DNA from: Deinococcales bacterium
Lineage (GTDB): Bacteria > Deinococcota > Deinococci > Deinococcales > JAAFIG01
Assembly (NCBI GenBank): GCA_031414595.1
Contig: JANNVX010000062.1
Coordinates: forward strand, 1 to 34,862
Direction: 5' to 3'
DNA: 34,862 nt
Shown here: piece after piece, positions 1-9,631 of the stretch
Layout of the letters: the number at the start of each line of letters is the position of its first letter
Position numbering within the stretch: the stretch's first letter is position 1
Notes under the pieces: model-generated
Told to the model about the DNA's origin: nothing
Database searches by the model: none
Seen by the model: the letters and a program-made list of their open reading frames with translations, nothing else
Translations under genes and position numbers: made by a program

Positions 1-30
1 GTTAAATTTGAACTTCAGCGTTTACCCTAA

Positions 31-141
31 GAAATTGTCCAAAAATAAAATCCGATTTGGGAATTTAACCCAATAACTGAAAGCAGGGCAGACACAGGGG
101 TCTGCCCCTACAAAAAACGGAACTTATTTCGCGCCAAATCC
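31..141. mobile_element. MITE-like element with imperfect terminal inverted repeats, carrying one GTAG-type REP palindrome
   Basis: Ends GAAATTGTCCAAAAATAA ... TTATTTCGCGCCAAATCC are flanked by TAA on both sides (28-30, 142-144). Ends match the elements at 4149 and 34723. Internal GGGCAGAC-N6-GTCTGCCC-CTAC at 86-111. Confidence 0.7.
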
Positions 142-309
142 TAAGGAGAAAATAATGATCCCGACCAATCAAGTTTCAAAAAAACAATTTTACGCGCCGC
201 CGCATCTCGAGGAACACCAATATCTGGTTGTTACTGGTGTTTCCTTACCAATAGGAACAAGTGGCTCACCTATTGAATTTAATGATTTTATGAATTTTGA
301 GGAGCAACC

Positions 310-3300
310 ATGAAACGCATTCTTGTCCTAACCTTACCAGTGGTACTGATGGCGTGCCTTCAAGCTCCAAGCTCAGAAGTCAATCCGATTCTCGAGGAAA
401 CCTTCAAGCCGACACTGCTTGGCAGTGTGACGTTAAATATCAGCAATACCTCGGGAGTACAAAGTGCCAAGTTCATTCCCAATCCTCGAATCTCGAGCCA
501 AGCCTTAACCCCAGTCACCGAAAGTACCTTGGTCTTTACACAACAACCTCTGCAAAACATTGATCGTCCGAGCAGTAGCGAACGGTACTTAATCGCGCCG
601 TTTAAGGTCACTAATAATAATGCAGGGAATCTACAGAACTTAACCCTTGTGGCATACCATAAAAACGGCAATGTCGGCGGGAGTGGGTTTCGCAACATTC
701 AAACCTTTGGTGGCACTCTCAACCCCAATGTCAACACCCTACTGCCAATCCACACCATGACCACTGCTGGAGGATGTGCGGCTGTGCCTTGCGTGGATAA
801 TGCCAAAGCTGATTTACAAATTTTTACTCGAGGCGAAATCGGTACGCTGACCACAGCTTCTGAAACCAGTTTAATCAATGTCAATCCAATTACGGGAGAA
901 GGCATTTTGCATTATGGGTTTATTGCCCGTAAAGGCAGCACTGGCGCATACCGAACCATCGCGGGTACAACTTGTGACCCCGGTGCAAACGCGGGTTGTA
1001 ATGAAGGCACGATTAACCTTGGGCTACGAGTCCCACAAAGCAACGACCCAAACAGCACTGCGTATCGGTACAGCATGACTTTTTTGGTCTTTACCGACAG
1101 CGCGGCTCGAGTCACCGAAAGCATCGAAGAACAAGGCACAACCAACGCCGCCACTCGAGCCACAGCCCTTGGTGGTTCACCGCAAGTGGCGGCAATGTGC
1201 GGTACAAGCCTAGGTTCAGGAGCAGCCACATTTATTACTGGGGTTCGCACCGTTGGCGTTGGAACAAATACCGAAACAGCTTTAATGGGCGGGAAGTTCT
1301 TAATTACCAATAATACCGCTCCAAATTACACGGTTAATGGCAATATTGGTAAAAGTTTTAATGCGGCTGGTGGTTTATTAGCCCCGAAGTTCTCGGCGTT
1401 AGGTGGCGCAACCCTAACAACTGCCCTTGTTGGCACACCAACCAACTCGAGTAACATTGTGGTCAATACCGACGGCAGTTTAAGCATTAACCCTGCTGCT
1501 AATTTAAGAACCGCTGACAGTTTTAATTATTCGATTAGTGATGGAACGTGTACTTGGACACGCCCTGCTGGAGTGACCATTGCCAATGCTGTGACTTGGT
1601 TTGTAAAAAACAATGTGGCAACCACAGGTGATGGGCGCTTCTCGAGTCCATTCAAAACACTGCTCGAGGCACAAACCGCTTCGGTAGCCAACGACACGAT
1701 TTATGTTTATAACGGCGATAACAGCACCACAGGGCAAAATGCTGGAATTACCTTAAAGGCTGGTCAAAAACTGATTGGGCAAGGTGCGGCGCTAACCGTT
1801 GGTGGAGATGCCATCGAAGTAGCGGGAACAAATGCCAAAGTGGGCAATGGGGCTGGAACAGCCGTAACATTAAGCACCAATAACACCCTGCGCGGAATTG
1901 ACATTAGTTCGACAGGTACAGGTTTAAGTGGCTCGAATTTTGGTACTTTAACCACAAGTGCCGTTAATATCGCTAGTACAGGCGCAGCCCTTAGTTTAGA
2001 TAATGGTACTGCTGCTGCAACCTTTGGTACGATTAGTTCAAATGCCAGTAGTTCTGATGCGTTGGTACTCAATAGTTTAGCTGGAACATTTAGTGTTTCT
2101 ACGATTTCCATAACCAATACCACTGGCACAGCTCGAGGCATGAATCTAGGCGCAAATTCAGGAACATTTAATCTTGGTGTAGTGACCATCAATACAACAG
2201 GTGGCACAGGATTGATTGTTAATGGTGGGACACCAACAATCAATGCCACTTCGCTGACCATCAGTACCACAGGTGGCAGAGGAATTTTAATGCAGGGTGT
2301 ATCAAGTGGCACAATCACACTTGATACCATTGCTATTAGTGGCACAACAGTAGAAGGTATTGTTTCTAGTACAGGTGGAAATACGGTCAACATCAATGGT
2401 GGGAGCATCCAAAATAGTGGCAGTAACAATATTTATATGGCTGGAGGTACAGGTAACTTTAGTTACGCTGGATCAATTACAGATACCAATAATTCATTGG
2501 TGTACATCGAAAATACCACGGGTGGTACAAAAACCTTTTCTGGGGCAATGAATGGCAACGGCGCGAACATTGGTTTGTTAAATAACACTGGTGCAACCAT
2601 CAATTTTAGTGGTGCTTTAACCCTTTCTACGGGTAGCCAAGCTGCTTTTAGTGCTGGAGGTGGCGGTACAGTCAATGTGACCGGCACAGCAAACACCCTA
2701 ACCACAACCACGGGAACAGCTTTGAATGTGGCAAACACAACCATCGGCTCGAGTAACCTGAATTTTAGGAGCATTAGTTCTAACGGTGCAGCCAGTGGAA
2801 TTACTCTGAACAACACTGGCTCGAGCGGCGGCTTAAGCGTGACGGGTACGGGTACAGCCGCCAGTGGTGGAACAATTCAGAATGCAACGGCGGATGGTAT
2901 TTCTTTAACCAGTACACAAAGCCCCTCTTTTGCTCGGATGAACATTGCTTCGACAGTTGGGTACGGCATTAAAGGTACTGGTGTGACTAATTTTAGTTTT
3001 ACTGATGGTTCAATCAGTAATTCTGGAACTGGTCTTGGTGTAGATTCCGCCAACCTTGGTTTTAACACCAGTACATTAGGCACAGAAAATAATCTTTCGG
3101 GTGTGGTGACAATCACGGGCAATACTTTAAGTAATGCGTATTATCATGGGGTTGATATTACAAATTATAATGGCACAATTAGTAATGCCGCCATCTCGAG
3201 CAACACCATTACCAGTGCAACCGCCGCCGCCAATTCTTTAGGGTCTGGGATTCGTCTTCAGGCGCTTGGTTCAGCCAGCACAGTCGCTAAAGTCACCAAG

Positions 3301-4149
3301 GCAAGCATTGCGGGTAACACCATTTCTAATTTCCCTTCCGGGCATGGAATTTTTGCCCAAGCTGGTAATTTAACTGCGGCTGGTAGCCCAACTGTTTTTG
3401 GAACATCGGGCAGTGCTACCGACATCATCAGTATTACAGGTAATCTGATTGCTGGGCAATCGGCAGCGAATCGTCTTGGTGGAACAGCCATTACTGCTTC
3501 AGTTTCGCAAATAAACTCGGCTTCTCGGGCAACTGCTAACTTTGACATTTCAAATAACGGTACTGTTGGTACTCCAATAGCACAAATTGCAGGGAATGGG
3601 ATTGTGGTATCAGTGGATGAGTACAGTGATACCACAGCGACTGTTTCTAATAATGTCTTGGCGATAAATAATACGCTTGGTAGTCCAAGTATTTTCTTGG
3701 TTGCGTCTAACTCTTCAGGCGTTGCGACAGCCAATCCCAGCTTAAATGTTACTGCCAATTCAAATAACATCAGTCAGTCCGATGGCAACGGAATTATTGC
3801 AGCCGTCAGAGCCTCTAACGGCACAATGCGAGCTAAAATTCAGAGTAATACTGTCGCCGCGCCGTTGAGTGGCGTTCGCCCTGGAATTCGAGTGGATTCT
3901 GGTAATAGCACAGGTAATGCTACGGTTTGCTTAAATATCTCGGGCAACACCAGCGCAGGTTCTGGTGGTTCAGGAGGCATTGGCTTACGCAAGCAAGGAA
4001 CAGCTTCTGCAACCAATACCTTTGGTATCAATGGAATGACCGCCACGGCTTCACCGGGTATAGAAGCGTATGTCAATGGATTAAATCCTGCGGGTAACAG
4101 TACGCTAATAATTTCGGGTAGTAATTTTAGCAACTGCTCACTTCCTTAG
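310..4149 (+). CDS. Large surface lipoprotein with Ig-like segment and long Gly/Ser/Thr/Asn-rich beta-helix repeat region
   Basis: 1279 aa ORF with GAGGAG RBS, lipobox LMA-C, a DGSLSINP...DSFNYSISDG cadherin/Ig-like motif, and beta-solenoid-type repeats. Confidence 0.8.
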   Translation: MKRILVLTLPVVLMACLQAPSSEVNPILEETFKPTLLGSVTLNISNTSGVQSAKFIPNPRISSQALTPVTESTLVFTQQPLQNIDRPSSSERYLIAPFKVTNNNAGNLQNLTLVAYHKNGNVGGSGFRNIQTFGGTLNPNVNTLLPIHTMTTAGGCAAVPCVDNAKADLQIFTRGEIGTLTTASETSLINVNPITGEGILHYGFIARKGSTGAYRTIAGTTCDPGANAGCNEGTINLGLRVPQSNDPNSTAYRYSMTFLVFTDSAARVTESIEEQGTTNAATRATALGGSPQVAAMCGTSLGSGAATFITGVRTVGVGTNTETALMGGKFLITNNTAPNYTVNGNIGKSFNAAGGLLAPKFSALGGATLTTALVGTPTNSSNIVVNTDGSLSINPAANLRTADSFNYSISDGTCTWTRPAGVTIANAVTWFVKNNVATTGDGRFSSPFKTLLEAQTASVANDTIYVYNGDNSTTGQNAGITLKAGQKLIGQGAALTVGGDAIEVAGTNAKVGNGAGTAVTLSTNNTLRGIDISSTGTGLSGSNFGTLTTSAVNIASTGAALSLDNGTAAATFGTISSNASSSDALVLNSLAGTFSVSTISITNTTGTARGMNLGANSGTFNLGVVTINTTGGTGLIVNGGTPTINATSLTISTTGGRGILMQGVSSGTITLDTIAISGTTVEGIVSSTGGNTVNINGGSIQNSGSNNIYMAGGTGNFSYAGSITDTNNSLVYIENTTGGTKTFSGAMNGNGANIGLLNNTGATINFSGALTLSTGSQAAFSAGGGGTVNVTGTANTLTTTTGTALNVANTTIGSSNLNFRSISSNGAASGITLNNTGSSGGLSVTGTGTAASGGTIQNATADGISLTSTQSPSFARMNIASTVGYGIKGTGVTNFSFTDGSISNSGTGLGVDSANLGFNTSTLGTENNLSGVVTITGNTLSNAYYHGVDITNYNGTISNAAISSNTITSATAAANSLGSGIRLQALGSASTVAKVTKASIAGNTISNFPSGHGIFAQAGNLTAAGSPTVFGTSGSATDIISITGNLIAGQSAANRLGGTAITASVSQINSASRATANFDISNNGTVGTPIAQIAGNGIVVSVDEYSDTTATVSNNVLAINNTLGSPSIFLVASNSSGVATANPSLNVTANSNNISQSDGNGIIAAVRASNGTMRAKIQSNTVAAPLSGVRPGIRVDSGNSTGNATVCLNISGNTSAGSGGSGGIGLRKQGTASATNTFGINGMTATASPGIEAYVNGLNPAGNSTLIISGSNFSNCSLP

Positions 4150-4342
4150 GATTTGTCCGCAAATAACATCCGTGAATGGCTGGGCGAACACAAGGTTCGC
4201 CCCTACAAAAAAAACATGTCCTGTAGGGGCGATGCTTGTCATCGCCCTGTGGGAAATATTTGTCTGGCATTCCCAAATCGGGAAGCGACCCAGCCCCGTC
4301 AGGTGGCGCTTTGGGGTCAAGAAGTTATTTCAGGACAGTTCC
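4149..4342. mobile_element. MITE-like element with TIRs, containing an inverted pair of GTAG-type REPs (REPIN-like)
   Basis: GGATTTGTCCGCAAATAAC ... GTTATTTCAGGACAGTTCC flanked by TTA/TTA (4146-4148, 4343-4345). REPs at 4182-4206 and 4223-4247. Confidence 0.75.
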
Positions 4343-4447
4343 TTAAGCCAATAGAGGTAGTTGGTTCACATCAAAATATGGTCGGCAAACTTACTAACCC
4401 TCGAGTCAGAATATGGCTCGAGGGCTAGGCTTATGCTAAGATAAGGC

Positions 4448-4672
4448 ATGAGTTCAATCACTCTTGAAATCCCCGAAGCGCTATTTGAAAAAATGAATCA
4501 GGCAGCCGCTAAATTTGATAAAAGTGTGTCTGAATTACTGCTCGAGATTGCCCAAGAAAAGTATCCAGACTTAAGTTATGAGGAACGTGCCGCCCAAGCA
4601 ATCGCGCAAATGCGGCAGGGTTTCCCACTTGGAATTCAAAAAGTCTCGAGGGACGAACTGCATGAGCGTTAA
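4448..4672 (+). CDS. Antitoxin, CopG/RHH-like (VapB-type)
   Basis: 74 aa, N-terminal ITLEIPEAL ribbon-helix-helix pattern, C-terminal SRDELHER, overlaps a PIN gene. TAAGAT -10 lies 5 nt before ATG. Confidence 0.8.
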   Translation: MSSITLEIPEALFEKMNQAAAKFDKSVSELLLEIAQEKYPDLSYEERAAQAIAQMRQGFPLGIQKVSRDELHER

Positions 4673-5084
4673 ACTCGAATTTGTGGATACAAACGTGCTG
4701 CTCTACGCTTATGACAATACAAATCCTGTAAAGCAAGGCAAAGCGGCTGATTTAATCGAAAGACTTTGGTTGCAACGCACTGGGGCAATTAGTATTCAGG
4801 TGACTCAAGAATTCTTAAATAATATCAGACGAAAAGTAGCTTCTGGTATGACTTTAGAAGATGCTATTGGCGTTATGGGGCAATTTTCAGACTGGCAAAT
4901 TCACAGTCCAAATCTCGAGAATGTGCTTACAGCCGCCCGAAATACCGAGCGTTTCAAAGTCTCGTTTTGGGATGCTTTGATTCTTGAAAGTGCATTGGCG
5001 TTGGGTTGTGCGGTTGTTTGGAGCGAGGACTTAAATCATGGTCAGGTGTACGCTGGTGTGAGAATTCAAAATCCGTTCTTGTGA
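4662..5084 (+). CDS. vapC: PIN-domain toxin (VapC family)
   Basis: FVDTNVLLY, SFWDALI, WSEDL and NPF motifs. The ATG at 4662 overlaps the antitoxin end. Confidence 0.9.
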   Translation: MSVKLEFVDTNVLLYAYDNTNPVKQGKAADLIERLWLQRTGAISIQVTQEFLNNIRRKVASGMTLEDAIGVMGQFSDWQIHSPNLENVLTAARNTERFKVSFWDALILESALALGCAVVWSEDLNHGQVYAGVRIQNPFL

Positions 5085-5117
5085 ATTAAACGGACATGAA
5101 AAGAGTAAACTACGGCT

Positions 5118-5510
5118 ATGGAAATTAAGTCTTGGCAACCTTTAAGTCAACTGGCTAAAATTCGTGAGCGGGTGGCGCAAATCTCGCAACGTTCTGGTTG
5201 GTCGCCAGCCGCCGATTGGTTTGAATCCGATGATGCCCTGCTGCTTGTGCTGGACGCACCGGGCTTAGACATGAGCTTACTCGAGTTAAACCACGATGGT
5301 AATTTACTAACGGTTACGGGAACAAGGGAAGACCAAGGCTACGGGGCGCGGCTGCATGGTGAGCGTCCATTGGGTTCTTTTTCACGGGTTCTCGAGATTC
5401 CGGTACTTGTCGAGCCAGACTCTGGGGTGGCGCAGTACCGTTCTGGGCAACTCGAGATTCGTTTTGGTAAATTGGGGCGCACCATTACCATAGACGCTGG
5501 TCGGGGCTAA
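5118..5510 (+). CDS. Hsp20/alpha-crystallin family small heat-shock protein
   Basis: WSPAADWFE..LDAPG..ERPLGSFSR..AQYRSGQLEIRF pattern. Confidence 0.88.
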   Translation: MEIKSWQPLSQLAKIRERVAQISQRSGWSPAADWFESDDALLLVLDAPGLDMSLLELNHDGNLLTVTGTREDQGYGARLHGERPLGSFSRVLEIPVLVEPDSGVAQYRSGQLEIRFGKLGRTITIDAGRG

Positions 5511-5511
5511 A

Positions 5512-6255
5512 ATGCGTTTTTTGTTGGCGCTGCTTTTATTTGTTGGCGTTGCGACAGCCCAAGTGACCGATTTGGCAGTGCTGCGTTCTAGAATCGAACA
5601 AGGGGATTTTTTAAGTGCCATTCCAAAACTCGAGGCGCATGTAAAAGTGCGTCCGTCGGATTCAGAAGCCTATTTTTTGTTGTCTCGAGCGCTTTATTTG
5701 GCGGGTGGAGCAGTCTATTTATCTCGGGCTGAGGATGCCATCAATCAGTGTTTTCGGCTTTCTAATTTGCCGCGTCCAGAGTCGTACTGGCAACGTGGTC
5801 TGATTCGGGCAAGTTCTAACCGTTTTAAGGATGCGCTGCTTGATTTACGGGTGGCTTCGAGCAGCAGCACACGGGCTTTGCCCAAAGAGGTTTACCGTTA
5901 TGCGATGGATTGGGGGGCAACCGCGTGGCGCTCTGGGGATTTAACGCAGGCACTCGAGGCATACCGTCGGGCGGTGCGTTTAGACCCCAATCAAGCCCTG
6001 CCGTGGCTGCATCAGGGGACGTTATTGGTGTCCACCAATGATTCTAAAGAAGCCGAGGTAGCATTAAGTAAAGCTATTGCCTTAATGCAAACCCAAAAGC
6101 ATCCGAGTTTAGCCGAAGCCTTTTATTGGCGCGGACGAGCTTTAGAAAGCCAAAATAAACTCGAGGCAGCCAAAGAAAATTATCGTCGTGCATTAGAACA
6201 AAATCCCAGTCATGCGGCAGCAAAAATGGCACTCGAGGCACTGACAAGCAAGTGA
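5512..6255 (+). CDS. Secreted tetratricopeptide-repeat protein
   Basis: Signal peptide plus several TPR-like repeats (AYRRAVRLDP, YRRALEQNP). Confidence 0.85.
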   Translation: MRFLLALLLFVGVATAQVTDLAVLRSRIEQGDFLSAIPKLEAHVKVRPSDSEAYFLLSRALYLAGGAVYLSRAEDAINQCFRLSNLPRPESYWQRGLIRASSNRFKDALLDLRVASSSSTRALPKEVYRYAMDWGATAWRSGDLTQALEAYRRAVRLDPNQALPWLHQGTLLVSTNDSKEAEVALSKAIALMQTQKHPSLAEAFYWRGRALESQNKLEAAKENYRRALEQNPSHAAAKMALEALTSK

Positions 6256-6275
6256 TAAAAGCTGTATAATCTTAC

Positions 6276-7739
6276 ATGTTTGGTGAATACAATCCCAGTG
6301 GTTTTTTTGATGAAATGTTCGATGGCAAAAAACCTCGAGACCATTACGCCCCAATTTTAGAACGGATGAATGGGATTTCTAAGCCAGAATTTGAGCGCCG
6401 ACGGGCGGCTTCGGATTTAACCTTTCGTAACCAAGGCATTACCTTTACGGTTTACGGCGATTCGCAAGGTACAGAACGCACCTTCCCGTTTGACCCTGTG
6501 CCTCGGATTATTCCAGCTTCGGAATGGGCGCATTTAGAGCGTGGCTTAACCCAGCGTGTGCTGGCATTAAATGCTTTTTTGCGCGATGTCTACGGCGAAC
6601 AAGCGATTCTGCGCGATAATGTCATGCCAAGGGAATTGGTTTTATCGTGCAGTAATTTTAGACGCGAAGTCTTTGGTCATAAAGTGCCACTTGGGGTTTT
6701 TACGCACATTGTCGGTTCGGATTTGGTACGCAATGAACGCGGCGAATACCTTGTTCTCGAGGATAATCTGCGTACCCCAAGCGGGGTTTCCTATGTGCTG
6801 GCAAACCGCACCGCCCTGACCCGTACTTTGCCCGGTTTATTTGAGGGCATGAATGTTCGCCCTGTACAGCACTACACCACGGTACTGCTCGAGGTGCTGC
6901 GTTCCTTATCACAACGCGATAACCCTGTGGTGGTGGTCTTAACGCCCGGAATGTACAACTCGGCGTATTTTGAACATGCCTTTTTAGCCCAGCAAATGGG
7001 GGTGGAATTGGTCGAGGGCAGGGATTTATTTGTGGCAGATGGCAGGGTCTGGATGCGAACCACCACAGGACGCGCTCAGGTGGATGTGATTTATCGCCGT
7101 GTGGACGATGATTTCCTCGACCCAGTGGCTTTTAGGTCAGACAGTGCGCTTGGTGTTCCGGGTTTACTCGAGGTCTATAAGGCGGGGCGGGTGGCGCTTG
7201 CCAATGCCGTGGGTGCTGGAGTTGCCGATGACAAAGCGGTGTATGCTTACGTGCCGAAAATGATTGAGTATTATTTGGGTGAAAAACCAATTCTCGGTAA
7301 TGTCCCGACCATGCTTGGTTGGGATAAAGACGACCTCGAGAAGATGCTGGCTAAACCATCTGAATTGGTCTTTAAGGCAGTCGGTGAGGCTGGTGGCTAC
7401 GGAATGCTGGTCGGACCTGCCAGCACCAATGCCGAAATCAAAGACTATTTAGAGCAAGTCAAAGCCAACCCGCGAAATTACATTGCCCAACCAGTTATTC
7501 CACTCTCGAGACACCCAACCTATTACCCAGATAGCGGCAAAATGGAAGCCTGTCATGTGGATTTACGTCCGTATATTCTGTGTGGCGAAAAAGTCACGAT
7601 TATTCCTGGTGGATTAACCCGCGTCGCCCTAAAGCGCGGCAGTTTGGTGGTCAATTCTAGTCAGGGCGGCGGCAGCAAAGACACTTGGGTTCTCGAGGAT
7701 GATGGACAGACACAATCGCAAAGCCAAAGGAGTGTTTAA
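6276..7739 (+). CDS. Circularly permuted type 2 ATP-grasp protein
   Basis: [36 protein letters not shown] and [15 protein letters not shown] signatures. TATAAT lies 5 nt before ATG. Confidence 0.93.
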   Translation: MFGEYNPSGFFDEMFDGKKPRDHYAPILERMNGISKPEFERRRAASDLTFRNQGITFTVYGDSQGTERTFPFDPVPRIIPASEWAHLERGLTQRVLALNAFLRDVYGEQAILRDNVMPRELVLSCSNFRREVFGHKVPLGVFTHIVGSDLVRNERGEYLVLEDNLRTPSGVSYVLANRTALTRTLPGLFEGMNVRPVQHYTTVLLEVLRSLSQRDNPVVVVLTPGMYNSAYFEHAFLAQQMGVELVEGRDLFVADGRVWMRTTTGRAQVDVIYRRVDDDFLDPVAFRSDSALGVPGLLEVYKAGRVALANAVGAGVADDKAVYAYVPKMIEYYLGEKPILGNVPTMLGWDKDDLEKMLAKPSELVFKAVGEAGGYGMLVGPASTNAEIKDYLEQVKANPRNYIAQPVIPLSRHPTYYPDSGKMEACHVDLRPYILCGEKVTIIPGGLTRVALKRGSLVVNSSQGGGSKDTWVLEDDGQTQSQSQRSV

Positions 7740-7741
7740 TC

Positions 7742-8659
7742 ATGCTGTCTCGAGTTGCCGAAAATCTGTTTTGGATAGCGCGGTATATCGAACGCGCTGA
7801 GAGTTCGTCACGCTTACTGGACGTGAATTATTATGCAACCTTAGAAGGTGGTAATCTGGTGCAAGAACAGTGGTTGCCTTTACTTAAAATCACGGGTGGC
7901 GAAAAAGCCTTTAGAGAACAACACCCCAAAGCCGATTCTAAAAGTGTGCCGTTCTGGTTGGCATTTGATTTGTATAACCCGTCCAGCATTTGCAGTACCC
8001 TGACCCAAGCCCGCGAAAACGCCCGCAGCTTACGCGACCGAATCTCGAGCGAAATGTGGGAGTGTATCAACAAGGCATACCACGAACTTTGTTTTGACAC
8101 CGAAAAAGTCATTGCTAACGATGCACTGCATGAATACTGCAATCGGGTGCGCGAAACCAGTCATCTGTTTTTTGGGATTGCGCTTTCTACGCTCCTTCGT
8201 GACGAAGGCTGGCAGTTTTTACGTTTAGGACAACTGATTGAACGCGCCGATAACTTACTGCGAATTTTGCAAGTGCGTTACCAAAATACCGAAACCAGTG
8301 TGGTCGCCGATGCACTAGAAAATCACCGTTGGATGGCGCTCTTAAAAACCGTTTCGGCATACGAAGCCTATCGCAAGCGTTACCACACAAAACTAGAACC
8401 CCAAAACATCGCCGAATTTCTGCTGCTCGATTCAACTTTTCCGCGCAGCGTGATTTACGCGGTCGAAGGGGTGCGTGACAGCCTTAAAAAATTGCCCAAT
8501 GCCAGTAAAATCCAGCACGAGACCAATTGGTTAGCCGCTCGGCTTGAGCATAGCCAAGTGACCGATATGCTCGACCAAGACGCACTCGAGAAGATACTCG
8601 AGGATGTCAATGCAATAGGTGCAATGGTACAAAGCACTTATTTTCATTTGAACAGCTAA
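7742..8659 (+). CDS. Alpha-E domain protein (DUF403)
   Basis: MLSRVAENLFWIARYIERAE start, ER motifs and FPRSV. Directly follows the ATP-grasp gene. Confidence 0.92.
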   Translation: MLSRVAENLFWIARYIERAESSSRLLDVNYYATLEGGNLVQEQWLPLLKITGGEKAFREQHPKADSKSVPFWLAFDLYNPSSICSTLTQARENARSLRDRISSEMWECINKAYHELCFDTEKVIANDALHEYCNRVRETSHLFFGIALSTLLRDEGWQFLRLGQLIERADNLLRILQVRYQNTETSVVADALENHRWMALLKTVSAYEAYRKRYHTKLEPQNIAEFLLLDSTFPRSVIYAVEGVRDSLKKLPNASKIQHETNWLAARLEHSQVTDMLDQDALEKILEDVNAIGAMVQSTYFHLNS

Positions 8660-8672
8660 AGAAGGAACCAGA

Positions 8673-9254
8673 ATGAACCCAAAAGTTGATTGGTTTTTTG
8701 ATAAAGCCTCAAAGTGGCAAGAAGAATTTAAGCACTTGCGAACGATTATTCTCGAGTGCAAACTAACCGAAGAACTCAAATGGGGCGTACCTTGTTACAC
8801 CTTTTCAAACAACAACATTGTTTTAATTCACGGCTTTAAGGACTACTGTGCAATTTTATTTCACAAAGGTGCTTTATTGACCGACTCCAAAAAGATTTTG
8901 GTGCAGCAAACCCAGAATGTGCAGTCAGCCCGTCAAATTCGCTTTACCCGTCTGCAACAAATTATCGAACTCGAGTCAACTATAAAAGATTACCTTTTTG
9001 AAGCCATTCAAGTCGAAAAAATGGGCTTAAAAGTAGAACTCAAAAAAACAGGCGAATTTAACATGCCCGAAGAGTTACTAACGCAACTAGAACAAAATTC
9101 CGCCTTAGAAGCCGCTTTTTCGGCGCTTACCCCCGGACGACAACGAGGCTACATTCTCTATTTTTCTGCGCCTAAACAAGCTAAAACTCGAGTTTTGAGG
9201 GTCGAAAAATATACAGAGCAGATTCTCGAGGGCAGAGGCTTAGATGATGAGTAA
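8673..9254 (+). CDS. YdeI/OmpD-associated family protein (DUF1801 plus OmdA domain)
   Basis: EELKWGVPCY, FHKGALL, LTPGRQRGY and AKTRVLRVEK motifs. Confidence 0.9.
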   Translation: MNPKVDWFFDKASKWQEEFKHLRTIILECKLTEELKWGVPCYTFSNNNIVLIHGFKDYCAILFHKGALLTDSKKILVQQTQNVQSARQIRFTRLQQIIELESTIKDYLFEAIQVEKMGLKVELKKTGEFNMPEELLTQLEQNSALEAAFSALTPGRQRGYILYFSAPKQAKTRVLRVEKYTEQILEGRGLDDE

Positions 9255-9615
9255 GTTTGTTTCGGTTGAGGATTATTTAGCTTCGCTCGAGCCTCAAAAA
9301 GCCAATACGCTCAGGGAAGTTATAGATTTTATTCTGACCCAATTCCCTCAACTCGAGTGCAAAATTTCTTGGAATGTGCCACAGATTCACTTTCAAGGCG
9401 AATATGTGTTTGGTGTTTCTGCCTTAAAAAGTCATCTGGCGCTTGCCCCTTGGAGTTCTCGAGTGATTGAAGATTTTAGGGTTCGGTTGGAAAGCCAGAA
9501 ATATGTGGTGCAAAAAAATCTCTTCCAAATTCCAGTAGACTGGCAAATGGATAAGGAATTATTAAAGGATTTAGTTCAAGCCAGACTAGCCGAACTAGAT
9601 GCGTTTCCTGCTTGA
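9244..9615 (+). CDS. DUF1801/YdhG-like protein
   Basis: SVEDYLASL...KISWNVP...LLKDLVQARL pattern. Confidence 0.8.
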   Translation: MMSKFVSVEDYLASLEPQKANTLREVIDFILTQFPQLECKISWNVPQIHFQGEYVFGVSALKSHLALAPWSSRVIEDFRVRLESQKYVVQKNLFQIPVDWQMDKELLKDLVQARLAELDAFPA

Positions 9616-9631
9616 TGTCTAGGAGGATGCA

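Noticed and set aside
360-4133. Long antisense ORFs within the lipoprotein gene (and similar shadow ORFs elsewhere)
   Set aside because: These are shadows of biased codon usage on the coding strand, with no RBS or recognisable motifs.
4138-4428. Short ORFs of 60-91 aa
   Set aside because: They lie within the REP-containing MITE-like element.
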